A DNA stretch of 64,000 nt from an uncultured Planctomycetota bacterium (GTDB taxonomy: Bacteria > Planctomycetota > Phycisphaerae > Tepidisphaerales > Tepidisphaeraceae), in contig CAWJEN010000006.1 of NCBI GenBank assembly GCA_963841915.1, positions 736,001-800,000 on the forward strand, written 5' to 3'. Under the pieces are notes generated by a model, which worked only from the letters and a program-made list of their open reading frames with translations, was not told the origin of the DNA and did no database searches. The first letter of the stretch is position 1, and the number at the start of each line of letters is the position of its first letter. A program made the translations under genes and the position numbers. This document shows positions 48,071 to 55,096 of this stretch, piece after piece.

Positions 48071-48550
48071 ATGAGCGACTCCACGACCGCCGACGCGCTT
48101 GTCAGCCAGACCGTCCGTACCGCCCCTGTTGTCGAAGGCTTTCAGCCGACAAAGGGTCGCACGCTCTCGGTAAAGGGTGGCGTCGTCATCTTCCAGCCTC
48201 GCGGCACGACCTACGAACTTCACCTGGCAGAGCCAGAGGGTGGTTGGCCTGGCGTTGTTGGGAAGCCGACGAGCGGCGTACTCCGCGTCAAGGCCCGCAA
48301 GGTCTACAGCGTGCCCAGCGGTGGGTCCTTTGTCGTGCCGATCATGGGGACGCCTCGCATCGTGCAGGGGCGTGTGACTGACGTGCTGGAGGGCGGGGTC
48401 AACCGTCGCATTGTTCTGCAGGCAGGGGCGACGGTGGTGGTCGACCTCCCGGCCGACGACCATGCGATCGATCTCGGCGAAGGCGAGATCGGCCAAGGCA
48501 GCTTGGTGAACGTAGTTTGTGAGCCCGACGCTTGGATTGAGAGCGTCTAG
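48071..48550 (+). CDS. Hypothetical protein
   Basis: 3' part of ORF 47933..48550; beta-rich composition. Start at 48041 or 48071. Confidence 0.65.
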   Translation: MSDSTTADALVSQTVRTAPVVEGFQPTKGRTLSVKGGVVIFQPRGTTYELHLAEPEGGWPGVVGKPTSGVLRVKARKVYSVPSGGSFVVPIMGTPRIVQGRVTDVLEGGVNRRIVLQAGATVVVDLPADDHAIDLGEGEIGQGSLVNVVCEPDAWIESV

Positions 48551-48578
48551 AGCACCTTACCCTCCTGGGTGCTCCATC

Positions 48579-48664
48579 GTCATCCCGCGGGAGCGAAGCG
48601 AGTCGGGGGACCTCGCAGGTCGTGCGTCACCCTAGCGAGGTCCCGCGACTATGTTCGGGATGAC
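48579..48664. repeat. REP-like palindrome (GTCATCCCG...CGGGATGAC)
   Basis: Outer stem GTCATCCCG/CGGGATGAC, inner GGGACCTCGC/GCGAGGTCCC, GAGCGAAGCGAG bulge; lies between convergent genes. Confidence 0.8.
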
Positions 48665-48762
48665 TGATGAGCTGCAAGCCGCTTTGTAGCGTTGATGCTT
48701 CGACATAATCAAGAAGCCGCGGGCAGTGCCCGCGGCATTCATCGTTCGCTTACGGAAGCTGA

Positions 48763-49353
48763 CTACTTGGTCGCTCCATCGATCGACGGGGCGATCTCGC
48801 CCTGCTCGACGGCGGCGACGAGACGACGCGGCGGGGCAGCCTTGTCATGCTCGTATACCATCGGATTGTCGGAGAACGGGGAATTAACACCGGCCAAAGA
48901 GGTCTCGGCGGGCAGATCAACGCCTTCGAATGCAACGATGCCGACACCGTTGAAGTCACGGGGCGCGGCGGCAAAAGGGAGCTGCACAGAGACGGCCGGG
49001 GCACCTGCCTCGGGCGACACCAGATCGACCGGACCGACGACGGCCATCTCGGGGGAGACGGCGACCGTCGTGGCAAAGCCGCCCGCTGTGAAGCTGGCAA
49101 CGCCTGCCAGGCCGAGCGTGACACCGGCCGACAACGCAGCAGCGGCGACGAGGCCGATCTGCCAGCCGCCACGCTTGGACGCAGCAGTGGGCATCTTGAC
49201 CGGGCTGTCAGCACCGGCGGCTTCGGCACGGATGGTGAACATGACGCCCTCGGTGACCAAAGCCGACAGCTTGTCTAGCTCGGCATCGGTCGGCGTCGCC
49301 GTCAATAGACGGTCGAGGTCGGCGTCAGGAAGTTGGGTGGAGGCGTTGAACAC
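48763..49353 (-). CDS. Putative anti-sigma factor (single TM)
   Basis: Downstream of the ECF sigma; WQIGLVAAAALSAGVTLGL TM. Start uncertain. Confidence 0.55.
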   Translation of the reverse strand: MFNASTQLPDADLDRLLTATPTDAELDKLSALVTEGVMFTIRAEAAGADSPVKMPTAASKRGGWQIGLVAAAALSAGVTLGLAGVASFTAGGFATTVAVSPEMAVVGPVDLVSPEAGAPAVSVQLPFAAAPRDFNGVGIVAFEGVDLPAETSLAGVNSPFSDNPMVYEHDKAAPPRRLVAAVEQGEIAPSIDGATK

Positions 49354-49436
49354 GAAACTGGCGGGGAAAAAAGATCGCGAAGGCGGTGCGAGAGCTGAAG
49401 CGGCCGAGGGTGCTGGGAGTGGTAAAGGTGTGGTGA

Positions 49437-50243
49437 CTAGACGTCGTGGTCGAGCAATTCTCGGAGCTTTTTGCGGGCTTGGAAAACGTGCCATTTGACG
49501 GCTTCCACGCTGCACTCCAGCCGCTCGGCGACCTCGCGTTGCGGTAGCTCTTCGATCGTGAAGAGCAGCAGGGCGTTCCGCTGCTTGTCGGGGAGCTTTT
49601 GAAGTGCCTCCCCGAGTGCGGTTCCAAGCTCTCTGCCCTGGGCCGCCCGTTCGGGGCAGTCCATGCGAGCAAAGTCTTCGCCGCCGTGACCGGGCATGGG
49701 GCGGTCTGCCACCCGTCCGTCACGTGCTTCGCCGAAGCTGTTGTCGATCATGCCAGCGACCCGCAAGCTGCGACCACGCCGATAGTTGAGCGACAGGTTC
49801 GTCACGATCCTCAGGAACCACCCACCAAAAGCTGCCGGCCGCTCGAGCGTGTCGAGCGAGCGATAGGCCTTGATGAAGGCATCCTGCGTGACGTCCCGGG
49901 CATCATCCTGATTACCCAGGAGCCGGAAGCTCACGATGATCGCCCGGCGGTTGTACCGCTCGACCAACGCCTCGAAGGCTTCTGTGTCACCCGACAGGCA
50001 CCGCTCGACACAGCTGGCATCTTCAGCAGCGGCAGACTCGCGTTGCAAGTCGACCTCAGCTTCGAGCTCCTGCGTCGTTGGTGTGCTCGTCGGGATCGGC
50101 GTTGCGATCTGCAAATTCTCACCCTCTCCCGCACCTTCCGAACTGGAACGACCCGCGGCCACATGACCGGGGGTGACGGGTCGTCGCCTTTCGGTAACGA
50201 CCGCCGTGGTGCTCACGCCTGTATTGACACGGGCTGGGTTCAA
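49437..50243 (-). CDS. ECF RNA polymerase sigma factor (RpoE/SigW-like)
   Basis: GDTEAFEALVERY, DARDVTQDAFIKAY, FGGWFLRIVTN, LPDKQR..EVAERLECS..VKWHVFQARKKL. Confidence 0.93.
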   Translation of the reverse strand: MNPARVNTGVSTTAVVTERRRPVTPGHVAAGRSSSEGAGEGENLQIATPIPTSTPTTQELEAEVDLQRESAAAEDASCVERCLSGDTEAFEALVERYNRRAIIVSFRLLGNQDDARDVTQDAFIKAYRSLDTLERPAAFGGWFLRIVTNLSLNYRRGRSLRVAGMIDNSFGEARDGRVADRPMPGHGGEDFARMDCPERAAQGRELGTALGEALQKLPDKQRNALLLFTIEELPQREVAERLECSVEAVKWHVFQARKKLRELLDHDV

Positions 50244-50343
50244 ACGTTGGAGGCTCGTTGGTGGAAAAACTTCAATCGTGTACGAACCCCGATAAGAGCC
50301 GCCCGCACCGGCTGGAAACGCTCCTGATGGTGCGAGGCTGTCG

Positions 50344-51141
50344 CTATGCCGCCGGATTATCGCCCCTGATCAGCCGTCGTGCAAGCTCGCCGCACGCCTT
50401 TGCCGCCCCTTCGGCACCCGCCTCGGCGGCAGTGCGGACAAAGGCGGTGCCGACGATAGCACCGTCCGCAACCCCTTGCAGGGCTTGGAGATGCTCATGC
50501 CGGCTTACGCCGAACCCGACGCAGATTGGCAGGTCCGTGTGCGTCCGCATATCACGCACGCCGTCCGCGAGTTCCATCGGCAGACGATCACGTTCGCCGG
50601 TCGTACCGGCGGTGCTGAGGTAGTAGATGAAGCCCCCACCGATCCGCCCGATCGTCTCACGCCGCGTCGCCGGCGTAGATGGCGCGACCAGCAGAATCGG
50701 ATCTATACCTGCCGCCTTGGCCTCCTCGCAGAATGGAGCAGCCTCGGGTGGTGGCAGGTCCGGGCACAAGACGCCCGCGTAGCCGTGACCCGCCAGCAAT
50801 TTGATGAACGATGCCGTTCCGACACGCCTGACGATGCTGTAGCTCACCATGGTCAGTCGCGGCACGGCGGCTTCGTTGGGCCTGCAGGCTTCGAGAGCCG
50901 CTTCGACCGTAACGCCGGCCTGCAGTGCCTCGTGATATGCGGCTTGAATCGCAGGCCCGTCGGCGATGGGGTCACTATACGGAATGCCAACCTCCAAAGC
51001 CGTCGCGCCGGCCTTTGCCAAAGCCGCCAGCGTTTCCGCAGAAGCGCCCAACGTCGGATGCCCTCCGGGGAGAAATGGCAACAGGTGCACGGGTCCCGGC
51101 GAGGGGCGTCGCAAGGCATCGACAAGGTCCGGAGGCGTCAC
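50344..51141 (-). CDS. trpA: Tryptophan synthase alpha chain
   Basis: LEVGIPYSDPIADGPAIQ, PDLPP, LVAP, GFIYYLS..GTTG, VGFGVS, DGAIVG. Start GTG 51141 lies 5 nt after TACCGT. Confidence 0.96.
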   Translation of the reverse strand: MTPPDLVDALRRPSPGPVHLLPFLPGGHPTLGASAETLAALAKAGATALEVGIPYSDPIADGPAIQAAYHEALQAGVTVEAALEACRPNEAAVPRLTMVSYSIVRRVGTASFIKLLAGHGYAGVLCPDLPPPEAAPFCEEAKAAGIDPILLVAPSTPATRRETIGRIGGGFIYYLSTAGTTGERDRLPMELADGVRDMRTHTDLPICVGFGVSRHEHLQALQGVADGAIVGTAFVRTAAEAGAEGAAKACGELARRLIRGDNPAA

Positions 51142-51176
51142 GCGACACGGTATCGCAGCTTTCACAATCAAGCCGA

Positions 51177-53582
51177 CTACGGCGACTCGAGCAGGAGGAA
51201 CAGCACGTTGTCCGTGAACTCGGGTGACCGCGTGATGCCGATATGGTCCTGGAACAGGAACATGACGCCTGTGAAGTCAATCGGCGACTGCACTGGGAGC
51301 ATCGGTCGCTGCGACGGCAGCAACGCCAGCCGCTCGTCCATTAATGCGCTGCTGCGAAGCACGGTGCCGTCACCGGCGGCCCTTGAGACAGTCTCGACTC
51401 GCTCACGGCCGTCGGGTTGAAGCCGCAGTCGACTGGCCGTCTCCACGGCATCACCAGCAAAAATGTGGATATTCAAGCCCTCTGGCCGCGCTGCGCGGAC
51501 GTCGAGAGCCCGGTGGAACTGTTCGGCCTTGAAGAGGCTTTTTCGCAAGTGGTCCACGGCGATCTCACGCCGCCTGGCGACCGCCACGTCGTCGCCGATG
51601 ATCCAGCCGAGGGTTTTGTCCTGCTTCGGGTCGGCCAGGCCGATCTCGTTGTCGATCCAGTACTGCGGGTCGTAGAGCGGAATGGTACGGTTCTTGGCGT
51701 CGATGATGCCGTGGTGCCGGTCGCGTGGGAGCAATTGGTAGATGCTCGGCATCGAGCCCAGGACTGCGGCGGGTACCTTCGGGAGCCAGAAGGCTGGGCT
51801 GCCGTCATTGAAGTCCTTGCCATCGACGAGCTGGCGGAACGAGTCGACGCTGCCGGCGTTGGGGGTGCCGACCATGATGAGGCGGTCGACCATTTCGGCA
51901 CCTTTCCACGTCAGCTCCGGCAACGATCCGTCGGCCGGCAGCGGGGCGTCGCCATAACGGAGCATGTACCGTGCGACCAATCCGCCCATGGAGTGGGCGA
52001 CGATGTCGAACTTGATGTCGTTGATCGTAAGGCCGGTTTCCTCGCCCTCTTCTTCGACAATCCGGTCAAAGACGTACAGCCGATACGACTGCAGCTCGCG
52101 GTAGAGCAACGCGGCTGATTCTGCATTGTCGCGACGCCAGTCGTAGTCGAACTGGAAGCAGGTGAAGTGCTCGTCGCCGTAGTCGATGAGGTTGTCATCG
52201 TGAATGTCGGCGTCGCGGTACCCGACGACGCCGAGGATGCGCATGATGTCGGCATACGCGCTGAGCCGGATCGGGAGGCCGAAGATCTTGAGTTCGACCT
52301 CGTCCAGCGCGCCGTCGATGGCAACGTTGTCGCTGAGCTCGCTCAGCTCGACGCCTTCCTCCATCGGCATGGCGACGAGCCTGGCCCCGCTTTCTCGGCC
52401 GGGATTAGCGAAGTCGCCTGAGAATGCACCCCAGACAACGGTTTGCGTCTCCGGCTCAATGAGCCGCGTGCCGAGGATGCCGGGGATGACGACGACGGGC
52501 CGAAGGCGGTGGACGTCGCTTCGTGCCTCGTCCTGGTACAGGGCCGCCAGCATCGGCTTGGGTGGGGCGCTGGAACACCCGGTGACGGCAAGCAGGGCGA
52601 CAAAACCGACCGCTAATTTTTTGCCGTCTACGTGCCAGAGGTGGGCGAACGCCTGGCGTGGCTTGCTGGGAATGATGAGGCGGGTAACGCCTCGCATGAT
52701 CGGCCGACCGACGACGAGTCCGAGCGTCCAGCCGACAAAGAACCCGCCGATCACCACCGCGGCGGCGACCCAGATGACCTCCCAGACGGGCTCTTGCCAG
52801 TTACCGGCCGTGGCCATGAAAACGAACCATCCGAAGGCGGCACTGGAGACGAGCAAGACAGGGATCAGCTTGGCCGGCCAACGCAGGTGCCACATGATGC
52901 CCGCTTGGATGACGCCGAAGACGAAGGCACCCAAGGCGGTAAAGCCTCCGATGGCCGCGCCGGTCCGCCACGTCGGGTAGCGGTACGGGTAGTAGGTGTA
53001 AGGGTCGTAAGCCTTGCTGCTCGAGTTGGCGTCGTCTGCATCCGAGGGCCTCTGTGCCTTCCAGGTCGGAATCTGACGCTCGTCGTAATATCGCTGATTA
53101 TCTTCAGCATCAACCAGAGTCGAGTCTGTGGGCGGTGGCACTGGCTCGCCGGTGTCGGCAAACGTGTAGGTAAAGCGTCGGTAGCCCGACCCGTCGTCGT
53201 TCCTGATGTATTCCGATTGCTGATGCACCTGCCTGCCCGTGTTCGAGTCGTACATGCCCTCGGTGGTATATTCGTTGTAGAAGCCGAAGCTGAGGCCCAT
53301 CGTCGTTGCTGTCAGGGCAAAGCCGACGCCGAGCAGCACGAAAATCCAGAGCGTCAGCAGCAGCGTGGCCAGCCGTCTGAGCCAGACACGCGTTGATGAA
53401 GAGCCGTGTCCAGCTGGGTGCCACCGGCCGCACTCGGTGCAACGCACAACGGTGAAGCCGAGTCGTTCATCTTGCTCGACCCGCTGGCCGTGCAGGTTGT
53501 ACCCGCAGTCACAGAAGTGGTCCGTCTCCAGGACGCCATACTGCGCCGTCTCGGACATCGGCGGCAACGCTTCGTCGTGCAT
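51177..53582 (-). CDS. Apparent fusion of a Zn-ribbon membrane protein and a lipase/acyltransferase (alpha/beta hydrolase)
   Basis: CDCGYNLHG..CTECG plus TM helices, then an internal lipobox VTGC, VVIPGILGT, YDWR, AHSMGG, GTPNAGS, GDGTV. Confidence 0.8.
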   Translation of the reverse strand: MHDEALPPMSETAQYGVLETDHFCDCGYNLHGQRVEQDERLGFTVVRCTECGRWHPAGHGSSSTRVWLRRLATLLLTLWIFVLLGVGFALTATTMGLSFGFYNEYTTEGMYDSNTGRQVHQQSEYIRNDDGSGYRRFTYTFADTGEPVPPPTDSTLVDAEDNQRYYDERQIPTWKAQRPSDADDANSSSKAYDPYTYYPYRYPTWRTGAAIGGFTALGAFVFGVIQAGIMWHLRWPAKLIPVLLVSSAAFGWFVFMATAGNWQEPVWEVIWVAAAVVIGGFFVGWTLGLVVGRPIMRGVTRLIIPSKPRQAFAHLWHVDGKKLAVGFVALLAVTGCSSAPPKPMLAALYQDEARSDVHRLRPVVVIPGILGTRLIEPETQTVVWGAFSGDFANPGRESGARLVAMPMEEGVELSELSDNVAIDGALDEVELKIFGLPIRLSAYADIMRILGVVGYRDADIHDDNLIDYGDEHFTCFQFDYDWRRDNAESAALLYRELQSYRLYVFDRIVEEEGEETGLTINDIKFDIVAHSMGGLVARYMLRYGDAPLPADGSLPELTWKGAEMVDRLIMVGTPNAGSVDSFRQLVDGKDFNDGSPAFWLPKVPAAVLGSMPSIYQLLPRDRHHGIIDAKNRTIPLYDPQYWIDNEIGLADPKQDKTLGWIIGDDVAVARRREIAVDHLRKSLFKAEQFHRALDVRAARPEGLNIHIFAGDAVETASRLRLQPDGRERVETVSRAAGDGTVLRSSALMDERLALLPSQRPMLPVQSPIDFTGVMFLFQDHIGITRSPEFTDNVLFLLLESP

Positions 53583-53640
53583 GGCTCCATCATCGCGACC
53601 CAGGCACCTGCCGCAAGCATCAACGGCACTAAGCTTCTGC

Positions 53641-54069
53641 GTGTCCAAAGCCAAAGACGAACCCAAACGTCGCCTGGCCCTGCGCATCATGACGATGCCT
53701 AAGGACACTAATCCGTACGGCACCGTCTTCGGTGGCGTCATTCTCTCGCACATCGACCAGGCCGGTTTCGTCGAGGCTCGCAACCACGGGGCCCACCGCT
53801 GGGTCACCGCCGCCATGGAGAGCGTCAAGTTCGACGCACCTGTCCTGCTCGGCGACATCGTCACGTTCTGGGCCACCACCGTCCGCAAGGGGACGACGAG
53901 CGTGACCGTCGAGGTGCGTGTCGAGGCCGAGCGCTACAACAACGACGACACCGTCGGCGTGACGACGGCGACACTGACGATGGTCTCCGTCGATCCCTCC
54001 GGAAGGCCGATCCCGTACACGACACCGGCCACCGTGACCTACACCGCGGCACCGGGTGTTCCTTACTGA
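53641..54069 (+). CDS. Acyl-CoA thioesterase (hotdog fold, YciA-like)
   Basis: MPKDTNPYGTVFGG..LSHIDQAG, FDAPV..GD, GTTSV. Confidence 0.92.
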   Translation: MSKAKDEPKRRLALRIMTMPKDTNPYGTVFGGVILSHIDQAGFVEARNHGAHRWVTAAMESVKFDAPVLLGDIVTFWATTVRKGTTSVTVEVRVEAERYNNDDTVGVTTATLTMVSVDPSGRPIPYTTPATVTYTAAPGVPY

Positions 54070-54458
54070 CTCCGAACAAAATCAGGCGGCTCCGGATCGT
54101 CAGGTTCGCCGCAATAGTTGATCGTGATCTCGCAGTCTGCCTGAATGTCGCGGTGTGCGATGATCTCGAGCAGATCTGGTGCCACCGTCCGCCACGCCGC
54201 GTTGGCGGGCCAATCATGGTTGTAGAGCGACCCGAAACCGAGTGCGATTCCGACCACGTCGTCGCCTGCGGTCTCTCGCCAGTCGAAGACATAGCGACGA
54301 AGCGTCGGCGACGTGTCGAGCACTTCATCGGCAGGCATGAGCAGCACCGGCGCCCGCTCGAGAACGGTGCCGAACCGGATCTTCGTGGTCGTGAAGACGC
54401 CGCGCCCGCGGTCGGGTGTGTTGCGAACCTCCAGGCACGGCAATCGGAATGGGCTCAC
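54063..54458 (-). CDS. SET domain-containing protein
   Basis: GRGVF, GFGSLYNH..NA, RDI..EITINY. Confidence 0.9.
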   Translation of the reverse strand: MSPFRLPCLEVRNTPDRGRGVFTTTKIRFGTVLERAPVLLMPADEVLDTSPTLRRYVFDWRETAGDDVVGIALGFGSLYNHDWPANAAWRTVAPDLLEIIAHRDIQADCEITINYCGEPDDPEPPDFVRSQ

Positions 54459-55087
54459 ACGACCCCATGCTTCTTCGTGAGGAGAAAGCGGTGGCCGAAC
54501 GTTTCGCGATACGTTGCACCGTGCTGCCGCCCAAGCGTCTTAGCTTGGTCCGGTGCCCAGGCTTGGCGGACGCTGAGGCGTGCATCGTGGCGAACCATCG
54601 GGCCCGCGGTCAGCGTGAACAAGCCGATCCACAAGCTGGCCCGCCGGCGTCGCAGCAGGTCGGCAGCAATCCAGCCGATCGTCGTTACGCGACTCATTTC
54701 TGCCAGCAAAGCAGAGGCAGCCTTGGTTTCGAAATGGTGCAAAGCCATTTGGCAGACGGCGACATCGAAGGCTCCATCGGCGATCGGAAGCGACATCGCA
54801 TTACCGCGGACAAGGGTCGACGGCTTGGCTAAGCCAAGCGTTCGCTGGTGGACGTCGAGGCCGACATAGTCGTCGCACCAGGCGGCAAAGTCACCGCTGC
54901 CGCAACAGACGTCGAGCACACGAATCGGCCGGTCGCCCGCCAAGCGACGTATTGCTTTGGCGGTGGCCCGGTTGTAACCGAGCATCTTGTTGATTCGGCG
55001 AATGTAGCGAAGCGAACGCTCCAGCGACGCCGCGTCGGCGTCGGGTGCGTCCATCCACTCCGGCTCGAGACTCGCCCGCTCGCTCAT
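54455..55087 (-). CDS. Class I SAM-dependent methyltransferase
   Basis: EWMD, VLDVCCGSGD, FDVAVC..LHHF, HDARLSV. Confidence 0.88.
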   Translation of the reverse strand: MSERASLEPEWMDAPDADAASLERSLRYIRRINKMLGYNRATAKAIRRLAGDRPIRVLDVCCGSGDFAAWCDDYVGLDVHQRTLGLAKPSTLVRGNAMSLPIADGAFDVAVCQMALHHFETKAASALLAEMSRVTTIGWIAADLLRRRRASLWIGLFTLTAGPMVRHDARLSVRQAWAPDQAKTLGRQHGATYRETFGHRFLLTKKHGVV

Positions 55088-55096
55088 ACCAGGACG

